Positions 28,129-38,325 of a DNA stretch of 64,000 nucleotides are shown in pieces (position 1 is the first letter of the stretch; the number at the start of each line of letters is the position of its first letter). Location of the stretch: NCBI GenBank assembly GCA_003104935.1, contig PQAE01000005.1, positions 2,034-66,033 of the forward strand, given 5' to 3'. Below the pieces are notes generated by a model. That model did not search any database. It was not told the DNA's origin and saw nothing but the letters and a program-made list of their open reading frames with translations. Made by a program: the position numbers and the translations under genes. Origin of the DNA: Parcubacteria group bacterium. Lineage in GTDB: Bacteria > Patescibacteriota > Patescibacteriia > UBA1558 > GWA2-36-10.

Positions 28129-28600
28129 AACTATGGGCCTAAACGACATTACATAGCACTATAATTGAATATAATACGAATAAAAGCGTGTCTAATGCTA
28201 ATTCAAGGAAAAATTAATGCTATTATTTGCCAAAAATTTTAAAAATAACTTTTTACTAAAAAATATTTCTCACAGAAATTACACATCTTTGCTAATATTA
28301 GTATAAAAATCGTGTCGTTATATATTAACTAAATAAATTTGTTAATATGCCGAAACGATTATCCAAATATCTCAAAATACCCAAAAGCAATAAAATGGAC
28401 ACTGTTAAAATAACGGTTCTCCAAATGTCTTTTTTGTGATCAATTCCCTGAAGCATATGTTTATTAAATAATAATATGAGTATTTTAGTATATTGAGCAA
28501 CAAAAGTCCATATTTATAGAGTTAAAATGAGCTTTTTCTTTACTTTTTCAACTATTTGCACTAAAATTTATCTGCTTAAATTAACTTTAATAAAAAAATT

Positions 28601-29041
28601 ATGCCTATGTTTAATAAAAACCAGAACGATGCTTTACCCAAGAAAATTGAGACTATTATTGGTCCTTCGGTAAAGGTGGAGGGCAATTTTAAGGGCGAGG
28701 GCGATATTATAATAGACGGTGTGCTTGTAGGCACCCTAGAAACAGAAAACAACTTAAAGGTTGGCAACGGAGCAATAATTGAGGCTAGTATTAGGGCAAA
28801 TAATGCCTTTATCTCCGGAAAAATCAAGGGAAATCTAGTTATCAAGGGAAAGCTGGAAATAGCCAGCACGGCGGTTATCCTGGGCGACATCAAGACTCAG
28901 ATACTTTCTGTTGAGAGCGGAGCCCATATTCTGGGCAAAATCTTAATGCCCACCATTAAAATTAGCAGTGGTATAGGTGAGCATCATTCCGCCGAGTCCC
29001 GCATTGTCGCCGAAAAAATTGACGAGGAAACAGAAAAATAA
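28601..29041 (+). CDS. Bactofilin (polymer-forming cytoskeletal protein)
   Basis: ETIIGPSVKVEGNF..G...IDG...G repeats. Confidence 0.9.
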   Translation: MPMFNKNQNDALPKKIETIIGPSVKVEGNFKGEGDIIIDGVLVGTLETENNLKVGNGAIIEASIRANNAFISGKIKGNLVIKGKLEIASTAVILGDIKTQILSVESGAHILGKILMPTIKISSGIGEHHSAESRIVAEKIDEETEK

Positions 29042-29052
29042 ATTTTTTCCTT

Positions 29053-29799
29053 ATGTACTTGTACATATACGATTCTTTTCTTAATGATAAGAAGTATGTC
29101 AATTTGCTGGCTAAAATAGAGCAACGGGTAACTGATCTGAGCATCAAGGGCCGGACCGCCAAATTATCCATATTGAAAAATATGAAGGAGTTGATTACCG
29201 ATGCGGTCAAGGATGGGGTCAAAACAGTGGTCGCTGTCGGCAATGGGCAGACTTTCGCTAAGGTGATAAATATTGTCGCCGATTTGGATGTTACTCTAGG
29301 ACTGATTCCAGTCGATGATAATAACCTTATTGCACGCGCCTTGGGCGTACCATCAAAAGTGGCGGCTTGTGATGTTTTAGCTTCGCGTATTATCAAAAAA
29401 ATTGATTTGGGAAAAATTAATAACCATTATTTTTTTAAGTCTGCCGAGATAGTCAATGGAGCGGTGACTATTGATTTTTCGGATTTTCAGGTACAGCCCA
29501 CAACAGAAAAAAGCCGCATCACTTTGCATAACTTTAGCGACCATGATTTATCTCCTGGCTCTAATCCTTCCGATGGTTTTCTGGAGGTCGTGATAACCCC
29601 CTACCGCCAAACTGTTTTGGGTAAAAAAAGAATTACGGGAACGGTTTTGCCTTTTAATAAAGTAATGATAAACAGCGATCAAGAAGAGGAGGTTTCCATC
29701 TTAACTGATGAACAGATTATTATGAAGACACCGGCCGATATCGTTGCCGTGCCCGGGCGACTCAAGGTGATTGTCGGCGGGGAAAGAGATTTTGATTAA
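29053..29799 (+). CDS. Diacylglycerol-kinase-family-like protein, degenerate
   Basis: VVAVGNG, LGLIP, N.IARALG, IDLGKIN. Confidence 0.7.
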   Translation: MYLYIYDSFLNDKKYVNLLAKIEQRVTDLSIKGRTAKLSILKNMKELITDAVKDGVKTVVAVGNGQTFAKVINIVADLDVTLGLIPVDDNNLIARALGVPSKVAACDVLASRIIKKIDLGKINNHYFFKSAEIVNGAVTIDFSDFQVQPTTEKSRITLHNFSDHDLSPGSNPSDGFLEVVITPYRQTVLGKKRITGTVLPFNKVMINSDQEEEVSILTDEQIIMKTPADIVAVPGRLKVIVGGERDFD

Positions 29800-29853
29800 G
29801 AAATACAACAAAAAAACCCCCGAAAAAGGGGGTTTTTATAATATATTAAGCTT

Positions 29854-30573
29854 TTAATTTTTAGCAGGAAGTGCCGGATATTTGGCTTTTTTAAAACCTA
29901 AGACAAGATATTGTTGGGCGACTGTAAAAAGTGTAGTCAGTAGCCAATACAGCGCCAGGCCGGCCGGAAAACGCGAGCCGATTATGATGGTGATCACCGG
30001 CATGATATAAAGCATCTGCTGATTCATCATCGCGGCGGTACCGCCGGATTTTGATTTGCTCATTAGCATCTTTGACTGCCAAAATTGAGCCAAACCGGCC
30101 AGCACCGCAATAACCCAACTCTTACTGGCTAAGTTTAGAAATCCGAAAGCAATCGGGTTGAGCACCCCGGGGTTGGCCACAAAACTATAGAGGTCTTTCA
30201 TTGCGTCGGCCTTGGCAAAAGAGTTAAAGAAAACCTGATAGATGGCAATCAGCACCGGCAACTGTATCAGCACCGGCAAACAGGAAGAAAAGGGATTTAT
30301 TTTCTTTTCTTTATAAAGGGCCATGATCTCCGGGCCCATCTTTTCCTTTTCATCTTTATATTTTTCTTTAATTTTTTCAATGTCCGGATTGATATCCTGC
30401 AGGGCTTTTTGTGCCTGAATAGATTGTCTGGATAAGGGGTATAAAATCAATTTAATTATTAGCGTCAGAATAATTATAGAGGCGCCAAAATCCTTACCAG
30501 GAATTATGTTGTACAAATAAATAAGCAAATTAAAAATCGGTTGGTAAAAAATAGTATGGAAAAGTGTCAGCAT
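29854..30573 (-). CDS. yidC: Membrane protein insertase
   Basis: LYKEKKINPFSSCLPVLIQLP, GLALYW. Confidence 0.95.
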   Translation of the reverse strand: MLTLFHTIFYQPIFNLLIYLYNIIPGKDFGASIIILTLIIKLILYPLSRQSIQAQKALQDINPDIEKIKEKYKDEKEKMGPEIMALYKEKKINPFSSCLPVLIQLPVLIAIYQVFFNSFAKADAMKDLYSFVANPGVLNPIAFGFLNLASKSWVIAVLAGLAQFWQSKMLMSKSKSGGTAAMMNQQMLYIMPVITIIIGSRFPAGLALYWLLTTLFTVAQQYLVLGFKKAKYPALPAKN

Positions 30574-30588
30574 AATCTTCTTTATTAA

Positions 30589-30855
30589 TTAAAGCAGGGG
30601 ATCAGCGCCGCCTCTGGCCCAGGGGTGACAGCGAAGGAGACGCGATATTGATTTATACAAACCTCTAAAAACCCCGTATTTATAAAAGGCCTGATGGCTG
30701 TACTCTGAACAATGGGGATCATAAGGACAAAAACCGTGCGGATAGTAGATCTTGAACCAACCCGTATCTGGAGACAGTGTGTGCTGATAAAGACGAATCA
30801 GTACTAAAATCGGCCAGGACAAAACTTTATTTGCTTTTGACAGTAGTTTTTTCAT
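30589..30855 (-). CDS. yidD: Membrane protein insertion efficiency factor
   Basis: YQHTLSP, CPYDPHCSEY, RLLRCHPW. Confidence 0.92.
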   Translation of the reverse strand: MKKLLSKANKVLSWPILVLIRLYQHTLSPDTGWFKIYYPHGFCPYDPHCSEYSHQAFYKYGVFRGLYKSISRLLRCHPWARGGADPLL

Positions 30856-31201
30856 TATTATCTCGATATAGCCGGCTTTTATTAAGAGCAAACAATATTT
30901 GCCTGCCAATAGTCATAAAATCTAGCTCTAAAGCCCTTTTTTTGGCTATAATTAGCACCGAATATCCTGGAACCATGTTTTTTATATATCGTTGTATTAC
31001 CTCCCGCAAACGTCGGGCTAGTTTGTTTCTAATTACTGCTCTCTTTTCAACTTTGGTAGAAACTACAAAAGCGACTTTCGTGTTCTTTTCCCGGTTTTTC
31101 CTATATTTTATTACAAATTCCGGCAAAAAAAAGGTCTGGCCAGTCCGGACCAGGTCTTTAATTTCCTTGTCAGAGTGTAAACGATAAATTTTTGGCAACA
31201 T
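30827..31201 (-). CDS. rnpA: RNase P protein
   Basis: FVVSTKVEKRAVIRNKLARRLRE; gene position. Confidence 0.93.
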   Translation of the reverse strand: MLPKIYRLHSDKEIKDLVRTGQTFFLPEFVIKYRKNREKNTKVAFVVSTKVEKRAVIRNKLARRLREVIQRYIKNMVPGYSVLIIAKKRALELDFMTIGRQILFALNKSRLYRDNNEKTTVKSK

Positions 31202-31218
31202 AATAGGGGCTAACCATA

Positions 31219-31356
31219 CTAAACAGTAATCTTCTTGCGATTTTTTCGGCGCCGCCTGGCTATAGTTTTGCGGCCTCCTTTTTTGGCCATTCTGGCTCTA
31301 AACCCGTGTGTTCTAGCCCGTTTTCTGGTTCTGGGTCGATAAGTTCTCTTTGGCAT
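31219..31356 (-). CDS. rpmH: 50S ribosomal protein L34 (not in the ORF track)
   Basis: [23 protein letters not shown]... Confidence 0.97.
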   Translation of the reverse strand: MPKRTYRPRTRKRARTHGFRARMAKKGGRKTIARRRRKNRKKITV

Positions 31357-31534
31357 ATGAAAATTTAGTAAAAATTATGCGTTTAGAATAACATGTTTTT
31401 CTGGTTTTGACAATGAATATAAATGTGCCATAATTGTAAACAAATTATACACATTTTATTAACTATTATGCTGGTTTTGCTGTATTCTTATTTGTGTTAT
31501 AGTATAGGAGTTCTAATAACAATACTCTAAATAA

Positions 31535-32911
31535 ATGCCGGGTAGTGATAAAATCTGGGAAAGTGCCTTGGGTGAGCTGGAGCTTTTAATATCCAAGGCT
31601 AACTTTACTACCTGGTTTAAAAATACTTTTGTTGCCGAGAACAGTGATGATCGGGTAGTTGTTGGCGTTCCTAATGCCTTTACCAAGGTTTGGCTGGAAA
31701 AGAAGTATCACGACAAAATAACCAAGGCCTTGGAGAATATATTGACAAAAAATAATCTACAGGTTATCTACAGGGTGGCAAATAAGGACACTTTGGCTAA
31801 TATTAGCGAAAAAATAAGTAATTTGAGTAATGAAAAATCACAACCTGTGAATAACAATAACGGTGGAATGTTTAAAAACATCAACCGTTTTGGCCTAAAC
31901 TCTAACTATACATTTAAAAGCTTTATTGTGGGGCCGGGCAATGAATTAGCCCAAGCAGCAGCCAAGGCCGCCGCTGAAAAACCAGGGGAAATCTATAATC
32001 CATTATTTATTTATGGCGGTGTTGGTTTGGGTAAAACCCACTTAGTTCAGGCTGTGGGGGCCTATATTTTAGAAAAAAGCCCTAAAAAAAAGATACTTTA
32101 CATAAACAGTGAGAAATTTACTAATGATTTTATATCAGCTATTAAAACGGGTCAAACTGATAGATTTAAAGAAACCTACCGCAATGTTGATGTTTTGTTG
32201 ATTGACGATATTCAGTTTATTGCCGGTAAAGAACAAACTCAGGAGGAGTTTTTTCACACTTTTAATGCTTTACATCAGAATAACAAACAAATTGTACTTT
32301 CCTCTGACCGACCACCTAAGGCTATTCCTGCTATTGAGAATAGGCTCATTTCCCGCTTTGAGTGGGGCATGATCGCTGATATTTCTGCTCCCGACCTGGA
32401 AACTAGGGTGGCTATATTGCAGTTAAAAGCCCAGGAAAAAAACTATGCTTTGGGAGCTGATATTATCCACTATGTAGCCGAGAATATTCAGGATAATATT
32501 AGGGAATTAGAGGGGGCGCTAAACAGGATTATCGCTTTTCACCAATTAAACGGCGCTGTCCCTAGCCTGGAGAGCGTCAAATCTATCTTGGGCGGTATTT
32601 CAGCCAACCCCCGCAAGGCTGGTTTAACCAGCAAAAAAATAATTAGGATCGTGGCCGATTTTTATGACATTGGTCTGGATGCAATCTTGGGTGAAAGCCG
32701 GAAAAAAGAGTTGGTGGTGCCGCGCCAGATCGCCATGTTTCTAATGCGCCAGGAGATCAAAGCGTCTTTCCCCAACATCGGCCAGGATATCGGTGGCCGT
32801 GACCACACTACCGCTATGCACGCCTGCGAGAAGATAAACTCATTGATAAGTGTGGATGAAAAAATAAAAAACGACGTTGCGGTTTTGAAACAAAAACTTT
32901 ACGAGGCCTGA
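31535..32911 (+). CDS. dnaA: Replication initiator DnaA
   Basis: YNPLFIYGGVGLGKTHL, DDIQF, RELEGAL, GGRDHTT. Confidence 0.98.
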   Translation: MPGSDKIWESALGELELLISKANFTTWFKNTFVAENSDDRVVVGVPNAFTKVWLEKKYHDKITKALENILTKNNLQVIYRVANKDTLANISEKISNLSNEKSQPVNNNNGGMFKNINRFGLNSNYTFKSFIVGPGNELAQAAAKAAAEKPGEIYNPLFIYGGVGLGKTHLVQAVGAYILEKSPKKKILYINSEKFTNDFISAIKTGQTDRFKETYRNVDVLLIDDIQFIAGKEQTQEEFFHTFNALHQNNKQIVLSSDRPPKAIPAIENRLISRFEWGMIADISAPDLETRVAILQLKAQEKNYALGADIIHYVAENIQDNIRELEGALNRIIAFHQLNGAVPSLESVKSILGGISANPRKAGLTSKKIIRIVADFYDIGLDAILGESRKKELVVPRQIAMFLMRQEIKASFPNIGQDIGGRDHTTAMHACEKINSLISVDEKIKNDVAVLKQKLYEA

Positions 32912-33132
32912 ATAAGGTGTGAATAAATTAGGCACAGACCTGTTTATAAATCTGTTTACAGGATTTATATGTCTAATCAGAAAATATTTTCCCCTAATTA
33001 AACAGGTTTTATCCCCATAAAATTATTTATAAATCTTCCGATAAACCAGTGTGTCCGTCACTACTTTCAACATATACACAATCCTTACTACTATTAATAA
33101 TTTATAAAACATAATTATAATAAGACAAGAAT
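32912..33132. other. Probable oriC (dnaA-dnaN spacer)
   Basis: AT-rich; DnaA-box-like TGTGAATAA, TGTTTATAA, TTATCCCCA, ATATACACA followed by TACTACTATT; strand switch nearby. Confidence 0.75.
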
Positions 33133-34233
33133 ATGAAAGTCATTTGCACACAGGAAAACTTACACAAGGGCTTGGGCCTGGTTTCAAACATTGCCAATCG
33201 GCACAGTAATCTGCCAGTTTTAAACAATGTATTAATTAAGGCCGGAAAGGACGGTTTGGTACTAATTACTACCGATTTAGAAATTGGTATTAAAGCGTTT
33301 GTGAGAGGAAAAATAGAAAAAGAAGGGGAATTCACCGTCGATGCCAAATTATTTAATAATTATGTTAATTATCTTCCCAAAGAAAACGTAGAGTTAAACC
33401 TGAAAGATGGGGGGCTGGAAATAAAAAACAAAAATCAGGAAACCACTATAAATGGTTTGGCGGCCGAAGACTTTCCTCTTATTCCTGATGTTAGTAAAGA
33501 CGGTGAAATAGAATTATCTTCATCGGAATTGAAGCGGGCCCTACAAGAAGTAATGTTTGCCGCTTCTTTGGATGGCTCGCGTGCCGAGATTAATGCTGTT
33601 AATTTTAATTTTGAACCCGGGGAACTGGTTCTCGCGGCCACCGATAGTTACCGCCTAGCGGAAAAAAAGATAAAGATTGTTAATGATAAAAGTCATAAAT
33701 TAATCATACCATTAAAAACACTGCAGGAACTTTTTCGGGTATTAAGCGACCAGGTGGAACAGAAGATTAAAATATATCTTAATGAAAATCAAATCATGTT
33801 TGTTTTTGACGGCGTGGAGCTGATCTCTCGCGTCATTGACGGTAAGTATCCTGACTACAAACAGATTATTCCAAACGAGTTTAGTACCAAAGCTAAATGC
33901 GCGGTGAGCGAGTTGGCTCCGGCCATCAAGGCGGTAGCCTTGTTCTGCAAACAAGGCATAAACGACATCCGCCTGAGTTTCGATGAAAAAGACCAAAAAA
34001 TAATTATTGCCACGGCTAGCTCCCATGCCGGACACTCTCTAGCTAAGGTTTCGGCGGATATTGAGGGAAGTGGCGGAGAGGTGGTTTTTAATTATAAATA
34101 TTTGCTGGACGGACTAAGTAATATTTACAGCAACGAGGTGTTTATCAAGATAAATAACAACTCCTCGCCAGGGCTGATCCAGCCGGTTAATAACCAAGAG
34201 CACCTCTATTTGGTAATGCCTATCAGACAATAG
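33133..34233 (+). CDS. dnaN: DNA polymerase III beta clamp
   Basis: TTDLEI, ATDSYRL, GKYPDY, LVMPIR. Confidence 0.97.
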   Translation: MKVICTQENLHKGLGLVSNIANRHSNLPVLNNVLIKAGKDGLVLITTDLEIGIKAFVRGKIEKEGEFTVDAKLFNNYVNYLPKENVELNLKDGGLEIKNKNQETTINGLAAEDFPLIPDVSKDGEIELSSSELKRALQEVMFAASLDGSRAEINAVNFNFEPGELVLAATDSYRLAEKKIKIVNDKSHKLIIPLKTLQELFRVLSDQVEQKIKIYLNENQIMFVFDGVELISRVIDGKYPDYKQIIPNEFSTKAKCAVSELAPAIKAVALFCKQGINDIRLSFDEKDQKIIIATASSHAGHSLAKVSADIEGSGGEVVFNYKYLLDGLSNIYSNEVFIKINNNSSPGLIQPVNNQEHLYLVMPIRQ

Positions 34234-34468
34234 GGTTTTTGCGACAACAGTTAAAATTTGCTATAATAGTAAAACCCTTAAATCCTTTGTGTATAAATTG
34301 GGTTTTGGGCTTGAAGAAAAACAATTCTTGCCTTGAACAAAGGTAGGGCCAAAAAACGTCCTGGCGCGATTAGGGCGTTTTTTGCTGAGTAAAAAAAGAT
34401 TATTGAAATTAACGCTGATTAAAAAGACAGAAATTGACCTTATACGCATAAAGTCATACAATAAAATA

Positions 34469-34660
34469 ACTACTAAACACGTCCTTTTTGGTCGCTGCGG
34501 CCTACCGTAAGCAAGGATATTACCATCGGTGATATCATACTACTCAAGCCCTGTTAAACCCCGTAGTAAATACTGCTGCTTTTTCCTGACCGCCAACCGC
34601 AGCGACCCAAATAATTGAGCGCCCTCCATTTTCTACAGAGAAGGTGGAGGGCGCTTTCCG
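34469..34660 (+). ncRNA. Candidate structured small RNA
   Basis: TTGACC-17-TACAAT 34434-34462; closing stem 34490-34500/34597-34607; terminator 34617-34660. Confidence 0.5.
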
Positions 34661-34696
34661 TTTGAATTTATGGGGTAATTTTGTTATGATAGAAAA

Positions 34697-35266
34697 ATGA
34701 TAGCCTATATTAAAGGACAAATCATCCAACTTGGTCAAAAATCAATCACTGTTTTTGTGGGCGGTTTGGGCTATGAGGTTTTTTTGACACCCAAGGGCCT
34801 GGCTACTCTGAAGGTAAACCAGGAGGCCTGTTTTTTTGTTTATAGCCACATAAAAGAAGATGCTCACGATCTTTACGGATTTACCAGCGACCAGGAGCTA
34901 GACTTTTTTAAAAAATTGATTTCTGTTTCTGGAGTCGGACCAAAAAGCGCCTTGAATATTTTGGGGCTAGGTGAGGCGGCGGAGCTGAAACGAGCCATCG
35001 GCCAGGGCGACACTATTTTTTTACAACAGGTTTCTGGTATTGGTAAAAAAACCGCCGAACGGTTGGTAGTGGAGCTCAGAGAAAAGTTCATCGATGAGAT
35101 ATCCGGACAAATCTCCGTGGGCGGCGGCGACCAACAAGTGCGCGAGGCTCTAATCTCCTTGGGCTACAAAGACAAAGAAGCGGCTGAGGCGATAAAACAT
35201 ATTTCTACCAGTAGCGGCGACCTAGCCAGTCGGATTAAAGAAGCGCTACGCGCTGTTCCCAAATAA
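34697..35266 (+). CDS. ruvA: Holliday junction DNA-binding protein
   Basis: GLGYEV, LYGF, VSGVGPKSA, GIGKKTAERL. Confidence 0.96.
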   Translation: MIAYIKGQIIQLGQKSITVFVGGLGYEVFLTPKGLATLKVNQEACFFVYSHIKEDAHDLYGFTSDQELDFFKKLISVSGVGPKSALNILGLGEAAELKRAIGQGDTIFLQQVSGIGKKTAERLVVELREKFIDEISGQISVGGGDQQVREALISLGYKDKEAAEAIKHISTSSGDLASRIKEALRAVPK

Positions 35267-35268
35267 AC

Positions 35269-36282
35269 ATGCAATTAATTATTGATAATTCCAACTACGA
35301 CAATTTTTTAAATACCAGATTTATTTCTGGTAATTTTTTGCAAAGTAGCTTGTGGCGTAAATTTTTGGAAAGCCAAGCAAAAAGATACTGGCAACTCGTG
35401 GTTTCTGACGGTCCGCAGATAGCGGCTACTTGTTTGTTTTATCAAAATACTTTACCTTTGGGACGGAGTTATTTTTATGTGCCCAAAGGTCCAATTTTCA
35501 ACCCCGCCCTCAGCCGCCCCCAAAAACAAGAGGCGCTTAGTTTGATTTTGTCTAAAGCCAGAGAGGTTACTGTCGACACACGCAAAAGAGAAGAAATTTT
35601 TTTAAAGCTCGATTTGCCGGAAAACCTGGATTTGCCGCCGGAGCTTATCAAAAGTGAAGACCTACAACCACGCGACAGTTGGGTGTTGGAACTAAAAAAA
35701 AGCGCCGATGAATTGTTGGCCGCGATGCACCCTAAAACCCGCTACAATATCAGTCTGGCCAAACGGAAGGGGGTTAGTGTTGAGTTTAGTCAGGACACCG
35801 AAGACCTAAAGCATTTTATATCATTGATTAAAAAAACCGCGGTTCGTAACCAGATATCCGTACATAGTGCTACTTACTACAATAAACTAATTCAGGTTTT
35901 ATTCAAAAATAAATGCGGCTATCTGGCCCTAGCTAAAGTTGATAATCAGGTGGTGGCGGCCAACATTGTTTTATGTTTTGGCAACAGCGCCACTTATTTG
36001 CACGGGGCGTCCGACTACCGCTTTCGTGCATATATGGCACCACACCTACTGCAATGGGAAAGCATCAAAAAAATGCAGGCCGCGGGACACGCAGTTTATG
36101 ATTTTTGGGGCGTGGCTCCGGAGGACGGCTCCAAGCCCAAGTGGGGAGGTCTTAGCCGTTTCAAAAAAAGCTTTGGCGGGCAAGTCACAAAATCTCCCGG
36201 CGCCTATAACCTGATTTATGATGTCGGTTGGTATCGCTGGTATAAATTTGCCCGGAAATTAATTAGTTTAAGTGGCCGATAA
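35269..36282 (+). CDS. FemABX-family peptidyltransferase
   Basis: FLQS..W, YVPKGP, KTRYNI, YLHGAS, YDFWG, FKKSFGG. Confidence 0.9.
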   Translation: MQLIIDNSNYDNFLNTRFISGNFLQSSLWRKFLESQAKRYWQLVVSDGPQIAATCLFYQNTLPLGRSYFYVPKGPIFNPALSRPQKQEALSLILSKAREVTVDTRKREEIFLKLDLPENLDLPPELIKSEDLQPRDSWVLELKKSADELLAAMHPKTRYNISLAKRKGVSVEFSQDTEDLKHFISLIKKTAVRNQISVHSATYYNKLIQVLFKNKCGYLALAKVDNQVVAANIVLCFGNSATYLHGASDYRFRAYMAPHLLQWESIKKMQAAGHAVYDFWGVAPEDGSKPKWGGLSRFKKSFGGQVTKSPGAYNLIYDVGWYRWYKFARKLISLSGR

Positions 36283-36284
36283 TT

Positions 36285-37004
36285 ATGAACAGAGTCTTAA
36301 TCTCGGCTGCCGGCCGGGGCACACGCATGCTCCATCTAAGTAGTGACCGTCCCAAACACCTGATTGAGGTAGCCGGGCACCCCTTTTTGTATTATTTACT
36401 GAATAATTTAAAAATCGCCGGTTTTACTGAGGTAATCATGGTGGTGGGTTACAAAAAAGAATTAATGAAACAGTTTTTAAAAAATTATCAAGGACAGTTC
36501 AAAATCACCGTCATAAATCAATTTGAAAAATTAGGCGAAGGAGAGTATGGCACCGCTTGCCCACTCAAGTGCGTTTCTGATATTCTAGCCGGAGAGAACT
36601 TTCTGTCGATCTATGGAGATAATCTTTATTCGGTAGAGGATCTGCGGAACTTTAATATCCAGGATAATTATAATTACGTCGCGGGCTTGCGGCACAGCGA
36701 GCCGCAGAATTATGGAGTACTGGAAGTCGGCGCAAATGGTTTTCTGAAAGGTATAATTGAAAAACCAAAAAAACCGCCGAGCAATCTAATCAACACTGGT
36801 TTATATAAATTTACCGGTGAGGTTTTTGACTATTTGTCTAAAATAAAGCTATCCCCGCGCGGCGAATATGAATTGACCGACATCGTTGATTTATTAGCTA
36901 AACAAGGTAACGTAAAAGTACGTGGTCTTTCTGGCGGCTGGTTGGACTTTGGGCGGCCAGAGGATATAGTGCGGGTGGAAAATTATGTTCGGCAATATGC
37001 TTAA
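36285..37004 (+). CDS. Sugar-phosphate nucleotidyltransferase
   Basis: AAGRGTRM..PKHL, IEKP, SPRGEYELTD. Confidence 0.9.
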   Translation: MNRVLISAAGRGTRMLHLSSDRPKHLIEVAGHPFLYYLLNNLKIAGFTEVIMVVGYKKELMKQFLKNYQGQFKITVINQFEKLGEGEYGTACPLKCVSDILAGENFLSIYGDNLYSVEDLRNFNIQDNYNYVAGLRHSEPQNYGVLEVGANGFLKGIIEKPKKPPSNLINTGLYKFTGEVFDYLSKIKLSPRGEYELTDIVDLLAKQGNVKVRGLSGGWLDFGRPEDIVRVENYVRQYA

Positions 37005-38325
37005 AAAAATAATAAAAAAATTTTTACCGCGATCGTTTTTGTCAACCTACCATTTTTTTCTGGCCAAACTGGCCAACTGGTTTTTTTTATTTCCCAGCAA
37101 TAAGATAGTCGTTATCGGCGTTACCGGCACCAACGGCAAAACCACTACGGCCAACCTAATCTCCCAATTATTTGAATGCCTGGGTTATAAAACTGGGTTG
37201 ACCTCAACAGTGAATTTTAAAATCGGCTATCAGGAAAGACTAAATGATAAAAAGATGACGATGCTGGGTCGTTTTCAAACCCAAAAAATATTGTATCAGG
37301 CGGCACGAGCCGGCTGCCAATATGCCATCATCGAGACCTCGTCTCAGGGCATTGAGCAGTGGCGCCACAGCGGGATAAACTATGATGTTGTGGTTTTTAC
37401 CAACTTAACCCCAGAGCACATCGAGGCCCACGGCAGTTTTGAAAATTATCGTGCCCAAAAGGAAAAGCTCTTTGAACACTTAGCTAAAAGTCGGAGAAAA
37501 AAAATAAGAGGTAAGGTTGTTCCGAAAATAATTATCGCCAACGCCGACGATGAAGAAATATTTAGATTAAAAAAATATCACAGCGATAAATTCATCAGCT
37601 ATGGCTTTGTAAACAAAGCTGATTATCAAGGCAGTGATTTGCGTACCGCGGGCGGGCTGGCCTCATTTAAATTTGCCGGGCAGGAAATAAACACCCAACT
37701 TCTGGGAGAGTTTAATGCTTATAATGTTTTGGCGAGTTTGGCGGTGATAAACGCCCTGGGTTTGCCGGCTGACCAGGTCAGTGCCTGCCGGGTAGGAGGG
37801 GTGCCAGGACGCCAAGAGATGATCAATCAGGGACAGAACTTCAAGGTGATGATTGACTATGCGCCCGAACCGGCGAGTTTGGAGAAGCTCTATCAGGCGC
37901 TGGGTTCTTTACCCAGAAGAAAACTTATCCACATCCTGGGATCAACCGGTGGCGGGCGCGATCAGGCACGCCAGCCATTTCTCGGTCGGTTGGCCGGACA
38001 AAACGCGGACGTGGTGATCGTGACCAACGAAGACCCTTATGACGATGACCCGCAAACAATCATTGATAGAGTTGCCAAGGGCGCGGAACAAGCCGGAAAA
38101 AAAATAAACCAAAATTTATTTAAGATTCTAGATAGAAGAGAGGCTATAGCCAAAGCAATTTCACTAGCACAAAAGGACGATCTTGTCTTAATTACCGGCA
38201 AGGGCGCGGAACAGGCAATCTGTGTGGCTAACGGAAAAAAAATACCCTGGGACGACCGGCGAGTCACACGAGAATTAATAAAAGAAAAAACAAGAAATGA
38301 TTCAACAAAGGTTAAAACAGAATAG
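36997..38325 (+). CDS. murE: MurE-type Mur ligase
   Basis: GVTGTNGKTT, ETSS, TNLTPEH, PGRQE, IDYA, ITGKG. Confidence 0.9.
   Translation: MLKKIIKKFLPRSFLSTYHFFLAKLANWFFLFPSNKIVVIGVTGTNGKTTTANLISQLFECLGYKTGLTSTVNFKIGYQERLNDKKMTMLGRFQTQKILYQAARAGCQYAIIETSSQGIEQWRHSGINYDVVVFTNLTPEHIEAHGSFENYRAQKEKLFEHLAKSRRKKIRGKVVPKIIIANADDEEIFRLKKYHSDKFISYGFVNKADYQGSDLRTAGGLASFKFAGQEINTQLLGEFNAYNVLASLAVINALGLPADQVSACRVGGVPGRQEMINQGQNFKVMIDYAPEPASLEKLYQALGSLPRRKLIHILGSTGGGRDQARQPFLGRLAGQNADVVIVTNEDPYDDDPQTIIDRVAKGAEQAGKKINQNLFKILDRREAIAKAISLAQKDDLVLITGKGAEQAICVANGKKIPWDDRRVTRELIKEKTRNDSTKVKTE

Noticed and set aside
28150-28600. Very AT-rich 450-bp spacer as a second origin or gene
   Set aside because: No convincing DnaA-box cluster, ORF or structure.
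14355-34660. Naming the candidate RNAs as SRP, RNase P, tmRNA or 6S
   Set aside because: SRP, RNase P and tmRNA signature motifs were not seen; 6S cannot be judged without a covariance search.
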